Source of the DNA: Octopus sinensis
Taxonomy: Eukaryota
Assembly: GCF_006345805.1 (NCBI RefSeq)
Contig: NC_043025.1
Location: 4,774,001-4,838,000 of the forward strand
Length of the DNA: 64,000 bases
Direction of reading: 5' to 3'
Shown: positions 35,788-48,653 of the stretch, piece by piece
Numbering within the stretch: the stretch's first letter is position 1
Layout: the number at the start of each line of letters is the position of its first letter
Position numbers and translations under genes: made by a program
Notes under the pieces: generated by a model
The model's database searches: none
The model's input: only the letters and a program-made list of their open reading frames with translations
What the model was told of the DNA's origin: nothing

Positions 35788-36629
35788 CACACGCACAAAA
35801 ACACACACAACTATATATAAACACATGTCTGTGTGTGTGTGTGTGTGTTTATGGGGGGCAGGAACACGGGGAAAATATTTTAAAAATCTTGACTATTGTG
35901 GTTAATAATCAAGATTGTGGTGTTACGTATGGGGGGGAGGTTGTATTGTACGAACCTAACATTTTCACACACACTCAACTCACCCAATCCACACATAACA
36001 CGCACCTAGCTCCCTCTCTACCCATGTAACTACATATATATATATATATTAGAAGAAATTAGGTACTCAGAAGATCAGATGGTTTATATTTACAGATATT
36101 TATTTGTATATTACATTTTTGGCGATCTTTCGTCTCTAGTAGACCTTTCCGTCGATTTCCGTAAAAAAAATTTTTTTTTTTTACATTATGGGCTTGCGGG
36201 AACTTTTGGAAGTAATAACATACATATACACATACACCGAGTAAAAAAATTTCAGTTATATCTTTCTTTCACACATTACTCTGCTCTTCACACACACTAA
36301 CAGAAGCACTTCACTTACACAACATGCTGTCTGTCTCCAACACCCCATCAAACACACACACACCACACATGTACATCAATGCTTCCCATGCACGGTAACT
36401 TCAAAAGAACTTCCCTCGTCATACAATCGCTTTCTCTTAGTCTCTTTCGCTCTCATTACTTCAAAAGTTCCTGCAAGCCCATATGTAAAAAAAAAAATGT
36501 TTTTACGGAAATCGACGGAAAGGTCTACTAAAGACGAAAGATTGCCACATTTTTATATATATATATATCATATCACTTAGATCATTAGCGCTTTCTCCCA
36601 TTCTAGTGGGGTTTTCAAATCAAACTAAG

Positions 36630-36669
<40 letters not shown>

Positions 36670-36671
<2 letters not shown>

Positions 36672-37055
36672 TATATAAAGTGTGGTTGTGTGAGTGTCTG
36701 TCTCCTACGATTTAGATTCCTAACTACTCCCACATTTTGCGGTGCAGTGTAACCAAAAGCGGGTATCTTATAGTCGTGATTCATATCAAGCCCTTCTGGG
36801 TATTAGCGCGCGTCTACGATTTTTTAAATAATTTACCATCATATTTTTCCATTTTAATGCATTTTTTCCGCTATTATATAAGGGAAGTAACTCTCTAAAA
36901 ATGTCTACGATGAGTCAACGATTTAAAAAAAAAATTACCATAATTTTTTTTCCATTTTCAATGCATTTTTTTGCTACTTTTTGGTTATAACTCTCTAAAA
37001 ATGCTTTATAGTTATTTCCCTTACAAACCCGAGCAACGCCGGGCGATACTGCTAG
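36670..37055 (+). mobile_element. Non-autonomous Helitron, same family as 18621-19020
   Basis: Same body; ends cccgagcaacgccgggcgatactgCTAG|T. Confidence 0.9.
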
Positions 37056-37091
37056 TATATATATAGAGAGACTTAGTAATTTTAATATTTC

Positions 37092-37134
<43 letters not shown>

Positions 37135-37656
37135 ATTAAAAGACAATAAAAGGAAATTAAAGAAGATCCTTGGTTCGTTTTATTTGTAATACAAATGGAA
37201 AAGTGATTCAAATTAAAAGATGAAATAAAATATACCTATCAGAATATAAAAGGAATCGTCTCAACCAACAAATATATATACACACACACCAAAGCTCTTA
37301 AGCCATGACAAAGGTATATATAATACCCATCCGTATATATATTTGTGTGTGTGTATTCACAATGAGACAAAAGGGGGGGGGACTAAGAAGGGAAATAGAA
37401 AGAAGGGGAAGAAAATACAGCTAAGAAAAAGCGACATGTTTCTTAAGATTTCAATGTATAGTGGAAACCTCTCTCTCTCTCTCTTTATGCATTATGCGTG
37501 TGTGTATGCGTTATATAGATTGTATGTCAAGAGAAATATGCGTAAAGGAATGTCTTGTTTGACCCAGACCTATAACAATATAAAAGGAACCGTCTCAAAA
37601 GCATTCCTGCAGTGACCGTCCCGCCTTTGCGTGGGTCTAGCTTCCAGCACGCTGTG

Positions 37657-37995
37657 TGCCGAGGTCGACTTTGCCTTTCATCCTTTCGGGGTCGATAAAT
37701 TAAGTACCAGTTACGCACTGGGGATCGATGTAATCGACTTAATACCTATGTCTGTCCTTGTTTGTCCCCTCTACGTTTAGCCCCTTGTGGGTAGTAAAGA
37801 AATAGGTATTTCGTCTGTCGTTACGTTGTGAGTTCAAATTCCACCGAGGTCGACTTTGCCTTTCATCCTTTCGGGGTCGATAAATTAAGTACCAGTTACG
37901 CACTGGGGGTCGATGTAATCGACTTAATCCCTTTGTCTGTCCTTGTTTGTCCCCTCTGTGTTTAGCCCCTTGTGGGTAGTAAAGAAATAGGTATA
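37657..37995 (+). mobile_element. SINE family B dimer (5' truncated)
   Basis: Junction aaataggtat|ttcgtctgtcg. Confidence 0.9.
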
Positions 37996-38199
37996 CAGTG
38001 ATTTGAGGGATATTCGGTTTTATTTATAGCAGGGACCCGTCCGTCCACTTGTGGAATGCATGATCTTGTACGACGGTAGCTGCTATACGCATACATGTAT
38101 GTTGAGTGAAAGATTAGCAATGCCAACTTCTCTGAGAGTGTATATGTGTATGTGTATACCTTCTATATGTGTCTATGTAATCACTAACTTATACACGCG

Positions 38200-38327
38200 T
38201 AATGTATGTGTGTGTGTGTATGTATATATATATATTCTGTTTGCATAACTAACGTATACGCGCGAAATGTCTGCGCGTGTATGTGTGTATATATATATAT
38301 ATATGTATGTGTGTATATATATATGTA

Positions 38328-38368
<41 letters not shown>

Positions 38369-38387
38369 GTATATATATATGTATGTG

Positions 38388-38418
<31 letters not shown>

Positions 38419-38735
38419 GTATGTGTATATATATATGTATGTGTAATATATATATATATATGTGTATATATATATGTATGTGTATATATATATATATATA
38501 TATGTATGTATATATATATATGTGTGTGCATGTATCTATATATATATATGTATGTATATATATATATGTGGTTGCATGTATGTATATATATGTGTGTGTG
38601 TGTGTGTGTTATTTGAATGTGTATATGAAATTACTAATGTATACGTCACACACTCACACACACACGTATGTATATGCTCGTATGAATGCAAACATTTTTA
38701 GGTGCAAGTGTATACACATAAGGATATATATATAT

Positions 38736-38766
<31 letters not shown>

Positions 38767-38800
38767 GCATACCTATGTGTCAATATTTCTAGCAGTGCAT
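38200..38800. repeat. (TA)n/(TG)n/(TATG)n microsatellite
   Basis: Direct reading. Confidence 0.95.
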
Positions 38801-38935
38801 ATTACGTATACGCGCGCGCGTGTGTGGTGTGTGTGTGTGTATGAACATATATCTCTGTAGATGTGCATGGATGCTGTACCAATTATACGCACGCATCTCC
38901 CTGCGAGCGCGTGTAATTAGCACAAAGCACTACAC

Positions 38936-38967
<32 letters not shown>

Positions 38968-39548
38968 GGGTGTGTCTATAATTGCCCACGTATTCGTGTG
39001 GGCGTGTGCAAAGATGCCATCGCTCAGTGTGAGTGCTTGCATTTCTACAGATGGTTCTCTGTCTGTGAAATCGCGTGACGACTTGTTTGTGTATATAAGC
39101 AACTTCTACTAGGTTTGCGATTGTAAGCTGTTCCTTAGCCCTGGGCCGAGTCCTAAGCGAGCGAGCAGACTTATTATGATCACAGGTGGTGTGCTACAGT
39201 CGTGAGCATCAAGACAATATTTTTAAAACGATACTACGAGAGACCTAGCTGCTATTTCTAGACCTGGTGCTTAGCCATAATAGTCCAGTCCTGGCTGAGG
39301 AGAAATGATGTTCTAGTCGTGATCATCAAGAAATTATTATAAAAGAATTTTAAAGAACCATCAGCTATTATTTCTAACAGGCTGAATTAACCACGTAAAG
39401 GCTCTCACAGCTCGTGCATGATATATATATATATATATATATTTCGCTAGGGAACTGCTCTACATTTTAGAGTGAGCTGCTTCTCCGGTTAATATTTTCT
39501 ACAAACGATACACACACACACATATTATATGCTATGCATTACATCTCC

Positions 39549-39583
<35 letters not shown>

Positions 39584-39617
39584 ACTTTTTTTAAGCAGCA
39601 GAAAAATTCAACAAAAT

Positions 39618-39655
39618 CTGTTACTCTGAGTTTCTCGTTGCCGTTCATCAGACAA
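39618..39655 (-). ncRNA. Minimal type-I hammerhead ribozyme-like motif with canonical CUGAUGA/GAAA core
   Basis: Minus strand ttgt-CTGATGA-acg(gcaa)cga-GAAA-ctcagag-TA-acag; same family as 33003-33040. Confidence 0.65.
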
Positions 39656-39712
39656 AGTTATATATATATTAAATATATATATATATATATATATATTATT
39701 ATATATATTATG

Positions 39713-40079
39713 CTCTTTTTTTACTCGTTTTAGTCTTTGACTGCGGCCATGCTGGAGCACCGCCTTTAATCGAGCAACTCGACCCGGGACTTATTCTTTT
39801 GTAAGCCCACTACTTATTCTATCTCGTTCTTTTGCCGAACCGCTAAGTAACGGGGACATAAACACACCAGCATCGGTTGTCAGGCGATGTTGGGGGGACG
39901 AACGAACACACACACACACACATATATATATACGACAGGCTTCTTTCAGTTTCCGCCTACCAAATCCACTCACAAGGCATTGGTTGGCCCGGGGCTGTAG
40001 CAGAAGACACTTGCCCAAGTTGTCACGCAGTGGGACTGAACCCTGAACCATGTGGTTGGTTACCACACAGACACTCCTG
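39713..40079 (-). mobile_element. SINE family A
   Basis: Standard body. Confidence 0.95.
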
Positions 40080-40098
40080 TATCTCTCTCTCTCTCTCT

Positions 40099-40140
<42 letters not shown>

Positions 40141-41056
40141 CACGGAATTTTGTCAGTGAATTTGTCGCGGTCTCAAAGCGACGAAAATATTTTGGCAAAT
40201 TGAATTTAAATGTTGAAGTGAATCTAACTGTTTTTTGTGTGTTTCTTAAATGGCTTACAAACACCTTCCACGCTGCAACTGTTTTCGTTCCAGCACACGA
40301 TCTCAGATCAGGTCACTTGCTATGCAAGTACATCTCCGTAATATATATATATAATTAGAGGATATATTAACCTTGTGCATCCAAGGAAATACTTGTTCAA
40401 TACCTAGTATTTTTGGGGAATGAAATTCCCTTAAAACAATAGTTATCTATTAAGCATATATTTATATCCAGTTAAAAGGAAAAAAAAGAAAGAAAAATGG
40501 AAATAGGAAGTTAATTGTTTATCGTTGGGGAAAACCAATTTGTTAATAATAAACAATTATTAATTTCTTATCGCCATTCCTGTAAAAAACATAAATCCGA
40601 ACGAGAGTACACTAATATATATTTATATTATATATATATATTATATATATATTATATTATATATTTATTTGTTATCCTTCGAAACGTAGAGTAGATGAAA
40701 CCTTTAGCGACTGAAGAAGGGGTTCTTTCGTTGTGTTAATTGTCCTGTACTCCATTTTTTTGTTTTTAAATAAATGTCCAGTCCTTTGGTTTGTGTCTAT
40801 GTTTTCGTTTCTCATGTGTTCGACGTCCTTTTGGTGTCCTGTACTCATATATGCGGTTTATATGTACATGTAGAGGTAGGTACGTACATGTATGTTTATA
40901 TATATATATGCTTTATTTTATTTATTTATATATATATATTATATATCTATATATATATCTATATTATATTTTATATATCGCCATATCGATATATATATAT
41001 ATATATATACATGTGTGTGTGTGTAGATATATATATATATATATATTCGCATATAG

Positions 41057-41087
<31 letters not shown>

Positions 41088-41129
41088 CTATATATACATA
41101 GAAATAGTTATTATAATAGCGTATGATGT

Positions 41130-41165
<36 letters not shown>

Positions 41166-41243
41166 CCATAGATATATATATATATATATATATACATATG
41201 TGTGTGTGTAGATATATATATATATAATATTTATACTCTTTTA

Positions 41244-41592
41244 CTTGTTTCAGTCTTTTGACTGCGGCCATGCTGGAGCACCACTCCTTTAGTACTTATT
41301 ATCTATCGGTCTTTTTGCCGAACCGCTAAGTGACGGGGACCTAAACACACCAGCATCGGTTTCAAGCAATGCTAGAGGGACAAACACAGACACACAAACA
41401 CCAGCATACATATATTATATATACATATATACGACAGGCTTCTTTCAGTTTCCGTCTACCAAATCACTCACAAGGCATGGTCGGCCCGGGGCTATAGCAG
41501 AAGACACTTGCCCAAGGTGCCACGCAGTGTGGACGAACCCGGAACCATGTGTTGGTTAGCAAGCTACTTACCACACAGCCACTCCTGCGCCT
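41244..41592 (-). mobile_element. SINE family A (with small deletions)
   Basis: Standard body. Confidence 0.9.
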
Positions 41593-41690
41593 ATATATAT
41601 AATATATATATGATGGGAAGGTTTACGCAAAAGGTGGGTACAAACAAACAAATGTATTAGTATGAGCTCAGGAATAGAAATAGAAAAAGC

Positions 41691-41728
41691 TCTTTTACGT
41701 TTCGAGCCTACGCTCTTCGACAGAAAGA
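41691..41728 (-). ncRNA. Minimal hammerhead-like motif, variant core
   Basis: tcttt-CTGTCGAA-gagc(gtag)gctc-GAAA-cg-TA-aaaga: 5-bp helix I, 4-bp helix II, palindromic ACGT helix III. Confidence 0.55.
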
Positions 41729-42200
41729 TACACACACACAAACACACCAATATATATACACTTTGTATATATATCTACATATATATATTGTATATACACA
41801 CCATATATATATAATACAAAAACACACAACAGCACATATATATAGATATACAACACACACACACATATATATTATATATATACAAAACACCAGACACACA
41901 CTATATACCTACATACGTATATTATAGAATATATATATATATAGTATAGATAGACAAACTATCACACACACTACACATTGCACTATATATAATATATATA
42001 TATTATATATATATTGTAGTACACATATACAGATATATATATATATATCATATACACCACAACACACACAAATCTATAGATATATATATCTATATACAAT
42101 AGACCCCACACACACACACATATACATATTTATATATATATATATAACTAGACACACTGATACTATATATATATATATATATATATACAAACCACACCCA

Positions 42201-42244
<44 letters not shown>

Positions 42245-42822
42245 TAGTTAATATATATATATATTATATAAACAATTGCAGCGTGGAAGGTGTTTATAAG
42301 CCATTTAAAAACACACACAAAAAAAAAGCGTTAGATTCCCTTCAACATATAAAATTAATTTACCAAAATATTTTCGTCTACCTGGGCAAATTAAATTTTA
42401 ATGTTGAAGTGAATCTAACGGCTTTTGTGCTTTTTAAATGGCTTATAAACACCTTTCACGCTACAATTGCTTTTCTTTCAGCACATGATTTCAGATCAGG
42501 TCACTTGCTATGCAAGTACATCTCCGTAATGTGTGTGTGTGCGTGTGTGACACATTCTACCAGTATACGAAGTCTGAAAGCGTTTAGTTATAAAAAAATT
42601 ATTTTTTAAATCTGCCGGTCAAAGTGAAAAGATCCAAAGAATTCGTTTCTATGTTTTTGCTTTTATATTATCGTTTCTCATTTTGTTCAACGTTTTTTTT
42701 CGATGTCCTGTACCTATATATGCATGTTTATATACCTATATATGTATTATGTCCTATGTTATTTTCATTACGGTATGTACATATATGTATGTTATATGCA
42801 TACATACATACATATAAATATA

Positions 42823-42859
<37 letters not shown>

Positions 42860-42861
42860 TT

Positions 42862-43066
42862 CTCTTTTATCTTTTACTTGTTTCAGTCATTTGACTGCGG
42901 CCATGCTGGAACACCGCCTTTAGTCGAGAAAATCGACCCCGAGACTATTCTTTGTAAGCCCAGTATTATTCTATCGGTCTCTTTGCCGAACCGCTAAGTG
43001 ACGGGGACGTAAACACACAAGCATCGGTTGTCAAGCAATGTTAGGGGGACAAACACACACGCATAC

Positions 43067-43130
<64 letters not shown>

Positions 43131-43285
43131 CGACAGGCTTCTTTCAGTTTCCGTCTACCAAATCCACTCACAAGACATTGGTCGGCCCGGGCCTATAGTA
43201 GAAGACACTTGCCCAAGATGCCACGCAGTGAGACTGAACCCGGAACCATGTGGTTGGTTAGCAAGCTACTTACCACACAGCCACT
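42862..43285 (-). mobile_element. SINE family A
   Basis: Standard body. Confidence 0.95.
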
Positions 43286-43509
43286 CACCGTTTACCGCGT
43301 GTGGTGTTTAGCACAGGTCACCCATTGTGTGAGCAATTTTTGTGTCACAAGATCCATGCGTTAATGCAGTCTGCAGCTTTTATTAAGGTTGCATTGTGAT
43401 AACCCTGTGCGTTTGAACTGCTGCGTGGGTGGGTCTCGATTGCATGGTTTTATCTTTTCCTTTTTTTTTGCAATAATATATATATGCACATATCTAAAAT
43501 TAACGGTAA

Positions 43510-44800
43510 TACCATATGTATGTGTGTGCGTGGGTGTATGTGTGTGTGTATGTATGCATGTGTGTATGTACGTATGTGTATGTATGTACGCCGGTGTGTG
43601 TATGTATGTACGTATGTGTGTGTGCGTGTGTATGTGTATGTACGTATGTGTATGTATGCATGTGCGTGCGTGCGTATATGTATCTATTTGTGTGTGTATG
43701 CATTTATGTATATATATATTTGTATGTGGGTGTGTGTGTGTATGTATGTATGTATGTATGTGTGCATGTATGTACGCAGGTGTGTGTATGTATGTATGTA
43801 CGTACGTATGTGTGTGTGTGAGTGTGTATGTACGTATGTGTATGTATGCATGTGCGTGCGTATATGTATCTATTTGTGTGTGTATGCATGTATGTATGTA
43901 TATATTTGTATGTGGGTGTGTGTATGTATGTATGTACGTGTGTATGTATGTGTATGTGTGCATGTATGTACGCAGGTGTGTGTATATATGTACGTATGTG
44001 TGTGTGTATGTGTATGTACGTATGTGTATGTATGCGTGTGCGTGCGTGCGTATATGTATCTATTTGTGTGTGTATGCATGTATATATATATATATTATTT
44101 GTATGTGGGTGTGTGTATGTATGTATGTATGTATGTACGTGCGTGTATGTATGTGTGTGTGTGCATGTATGTACGCAGGTGTGTATGTACGTACGTATGT
44201 GTGTGTGTGAGTGTGTATGTACGTATGTGTATGTATGCATGTGCGTGCGTATATGTATCTATTTGTGTGTGTATGCATGTATGTATATATATATATTTGT
44301 ATGTGGGTGTATGTATGTACGTGTGTGTATGTATGTGTATGTGTGCATGTATGTACGCAGGTGTGTGTGCGTGTGTAAGTGTATGTACGTATGTGTATGT
44401 GTGCATGTGTGTGCGTGCGTATATGTATCTATTTGTGTGTATGCATGTATGTATGTATATATATATTTGTATGTGGGTGTGTGTATGTATGTGTATGTGT
44501 GCATGTATGTACGCAGGTGTGTGTATATATGTACGTATGTGTGTGTGTGAGTGTGTATGTGTATGTACGTATGTGTATGTATGCATGTGTGTGCGTGCAT
44601 GTATGTATGTATTTGTGTGTGTATGTATGTATATAGATTTGTATGTGGGTGTGTGTATGTATGTGTATGCATATGTATATATGCAGGTGTGTGTGTGTGC
44701 ATGCGTTTATGTATGCATGGGTATGTATGAATGTATGTAAAAATGTATGGAGGTGTATGTATGTGTGTGTGTGCATGTATGTGTGTTTGTATGTGTAGTA
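43510..44800. repeat. (TG/TATG) microsatellite organised as a ~170-200-bp higher-order repeat
   Basis: tatctatttg landmarks at 43681, 43867, 44057, 44256 and 44426. Confidence 0.9.
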
Positions 44801-45032
44801 TGCATGTGTATGTATTTTATTTGTTCCACTCACTGTACTATGGCCATGCTGGAGCAACACCTCAAAGGGTTTAGTCAAACAAATTGACCCAGATACTTTT
44901 TATATTTTTAAAATCTGGGACTTATTCTATTGGTCCCTTGGTGTCGAACCGCTATGTGATGGAGACGTATATAAATAAACACCCCTCATCAAGCAGTGGT
45001 GGGGAACAGACAATGATAAACATACACACTCT

Positions 45033-45438
45033 CTCTCTTTTACTTGTTTCAGTCATTTGACTGCAGCCATGCTGGAGCACCGCCTTTAGTCGAGCAAATC
45101 GACCCTGGGACTTATTCTTTGTAAGCCCAGTACTTATTCTATCGGTCCCTTTTGCTGAACCGCTAAGTAACGGGGACATAAACACACTAACATCGGTTGT
45201 CAAACAATGCTAGGGGGACAAACACAGACACACAAACATATACACACTCATACATATATATATATATACGTATATACGACAGGCTTCTTTCAGTTTCCGT
45301 CTACCAAATCCACTCACAAGGCTTTGGTCGGCCCGGGGCTACAGCAGAAGACACTTGCCCAAGATGCCACGCAGTGGGACTGAACCCAGAACCATGCGGT
45401 TGGTTAGCAAGCTACTTACCACACAGCCACTCCTGCGC
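45033..45438 (-). mobile_element. SINE family A
   Basis: Standard body. Confidence 0.95.
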
Positions 45439-45552
45439 ATATATATATAAAGAGTAAAGACTCCTTTTCGGTCATCAATAACCATGGGTTGCTTGGTTTT
45501 CTTAATGCTGGATGTTCTTTCTAACACCAACCACATTACAGAGTGTACTGGG

Positions 45553-46371
45553 TGCTTTTTGCATGGTACCAGCACCATTGCTTTTTGCATGGTACCAGTA
45601 CCAATGCATTTTGCATGGTACCAGCACCAGTACCTTTTGCATGGTACCAGCACCAATGCATTTTGCATGGTACCAGCACCAGTGCTTTTTGCATGTTACC
45701 AGCACCAGTACCTTTTGCATGGTACCAGCACCAATGCATTTTGCATGGTACCAGCACCAGTGCTTTTTGCATGTTACCAGCACCAGTACCTTTTGCATGG
45801 TACCAGCACCAATGCTTTTTGCATGGTACCAGCACCAATGCTTTTTGCATGGTACCAGCACCATTGCTTTTTGCATGGTACCAGCACCATTGCTTTTTGC
45901 ATGGTACCAGCACCATTGCTTTTTGCATGGTACCAGCACCATTGCTTTTTGCATGGTACCAGCACCAATGCATTTTGCATGGTACCAGCACCATTGCTTT
46001 TTGCATGGTACCAGCACCATTGCTTTTTGCATGGTACCAGCACCATTGCTTTTTGCATGGTACCAGCACCAATGCTTTTTGCATGGTACCAGCACCAATG
46101 CATTTTGCATGGTACCAGCACCAATGCATTTTGCATGGTACCAGCACCAATGCATTTTGCATGGTACCAGCACCATTGCTTTTTGCATGGTACCAGCACC
46201 ATTGCTTTTTGCATGGTACCAGCACCATTGCTTTTTGCATGGTACCAGCACCAATGCATTTTGCATGGTACCAGCACCATTGCTTTTTGCATGGTACCAG
46301 CACCATTGCTTTTTGCATGGTACCAGCACCATTGCTTTTTGCATGGTACCAGCACCAATGCTTTTTGCATG
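45553..46371. repeat. 26-bp minisatellite (gcatggtaccagcacca(t/a)tgc(t/a)tttt), ~31 copies, running into the assembly gap
   Basis: gcatgg at 45561, 45587 and onward; preceded by a family-D-like segment. Confidence 0.97.
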
Positions 46372-46471
46372 NNNNNNNNNNNNNNNNNNNNNNNNNNNNN
46401 NNNNNNNNNNNNNNNNNNNNNNNNNNNNNNNNNNNNNNNNNNNNNNNNNNNNNNNNNNNNNNNNNNNNNNN
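46372..46471. other. Assembly gap (100 N)
   Basis: Direct reading. Confidence 1.
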
Positions 46472-47045
46472 ATAGATAGACAGAGACAGACAGATAATAG
46501 ATAGATAGATAGATCAAGATAGACAGATAGATAGATAGATCAAGATAGACAGATAGATAGATCAAGATAGATAGATAGATAGATAGATAAGTTTCTTTAT
46601 TGGCCACACAGGGCTGCACACAGATGGGACATGTTACAAGGTAGAGCTTTTCTTTTGGGGGATGAAGAGAACAAAAAACAAAAGAAAAAAAAAGGGGGTG
46701 GTGTAGGTTTTCGATCAAGAGGGATCGTAAGATAGATAGATAGATAGATAGATATTGATAGATAGATAGATAGATAGACAGACAGAGATAAATAGATAGA
46801 TAGGTGGACAGACAGACAGAGATAGATAGGTAAATAGATAGATAGATAGACAGATAGATAGACAGATAGATATATAGATAGGTAGGTAGTTAGTTAGGTA
46901 GGTAGGTAGGTAGGTAGGTAGGTAGGTAGATAAGTTTGTAGGTAGGTAGGTAGATAGATAGATAGGTAGGTAGGTTGGTAGGTAAGTTGGTAGGTAGGTA
47001 GGTAGGTAGATAGGTAGGTAGGCTTGTAGGTAAGTTGGTAGGTAG

Positions 47046-47076
<31 letters not shown>

Positions 47077-47125
47077 GATAGATAGATAAATAGATAGACA
47101 GATAGATATATAGATAGATAGATTT
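46472..47125. repeat. (GATA)n/(GGTA)n/(GACA)n tetranucleotide tract
   Basis: Direct reading. Confidence 0.95.
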
Positions 47126-47625
47126 CTTTATTAGCCACACAGGGCTGAACACAGTGGGGACAAAATACAAAGCAGAGCTTTTCTTTTTGAGCCAGATCTA
47201 TATAAATTTTATATATGTATATACATAGACTCCAGTGTTTATGCATGTAGGATGTGTGTATTCAAGAGGGGGTGGTGCCTAAACAAACAACACTAATACT
47301 TATGCCACTGGGGCTCTGCTTTCAGCCTTCATGGAAAATACAAGGGCCTAGTGTCCCTCATACATGTGTCCCTCATACGTGTGTGTGTGTGTGTGGGTGT
47401 TTGTGCGGGCGTGGCTGTATGGTAAGAAATTTGCTTTCCAACCGCATGATTTTAGGTTCAGTCCCACTGTGTGGCACCTTGAGGAAGAACATCTTCGACT
47501 ATAGCATCAGGCCAACTAAAGCCTTGTGAGTAACTTTTATAGACGGAAACTGAAAAGAAGCCCTTCATATTTATATAAATATATATATAAATGTGTGTGT
47601 GTCTGTGTTTGTCCCCCTGCCATCG

Positions 47626-48179
47626 CTTTACTCTTTTATTTGTTTCAGACATTTGACTGTGGCCACGCTGGAACACCACCTTTAGTCGAGCAAATCGACC
47701 CCAGGACTTATTCTTTGTAAGCCTAGTACTTACTTATTCTATCGGTCTCTTTTGCCGAACCGCTAAGTTATGGGGACGTAAACACACCAGCATCGGTTGT
47801 CAAGCGATGCTGGGGGGACAAACACAGACACACTTACACACACACACACATATATACGACGGGCTTCTTTCAGTTTCCGTCTACCAAATCCACTCACAAG
47901 GCATTGGTCGGCCCGAGGCTATAGTAGAAGACACTCGCCCAAGGTGCCACGCAGTGGGACTGAACCCGGAACCATGTGGGCGAAATGCTTAGCGGTATTT
48001 CGTCTGTCGTTACGTTGTGAGTTCAAATTCCGCCGAGGTCGACTTTGCCTTTCATCCTTTCGGGGTCGATAAATTAAGTACCAGTTACGCACTGGGGTCG
48101 ATGTAATCGACTTAATCCCATTGTCTGTCCTTGTTTGTCCCCCTCTATATTTAGCCCCTTGTGGGTAGTAAAGAAATAT
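47626..48179. mobile_element. SINE-A (minus, 47626-47980) abutting SINE-B (plus, 47980-48179)
   Basis: The A head ends ggaaccatgtgg and runs directly into gcgaaatgcttagcggtatttcgtc. Confidence 0.9.
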
Positions 48180-48489
48180 ATATTATATTATGCTGTCCAC
48201 AGTGGCAGAGGGAAGGAAATGCTTAGTTAAATGCTGTCCTGGGATGCAACAACAACAACAACAAAGCCAGGCCTCAGTGAGATCTTCACAGGGTTGCTCA
48301 ACCTTCTGGAAATAGTAGCCAACCTCACCTCAAATTACAACATTCAGTCTCGAAAACAGAAAACTCTTTTGGGTTGCACTTACTTCCAGCTTCCATCGAT
48401 ATCTTTCTATGCTCGGCTTTTACGACTGCTTTCTCTCCTCCCTTTTAACCTTTTCTGAGTTGCACCGCATCTGTGCACTAAATACAATA

Positions 48490-48616
48490 AGATCATTATT
48501 ATTATTATTGCTATTTTTATTATTATTTATTATTATTATTATCATTATTATCATTATTATTATTATTATTATCATTATAATTATTATTATTATTATTATC
48601 ATCATCATCATCATCA

Positions 48617-48653
<37 letters not shown>

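Noticed and set aside
39040-39120. Acceptor-like catttctacag and short frames in unique sequence
   Set aside because: All plus frames hit stops, and no consistent partner exon was found.
45484-46504. 330-aa repetitive ORFs in several frames (Cys/Trp/His-rich)
   Set aside because: Products of a 26-bp minisatellite whose unit is not a multiple of 3, open on both strands, and running into Ns. Not a CRISPR array either, as there are no unique spacers.
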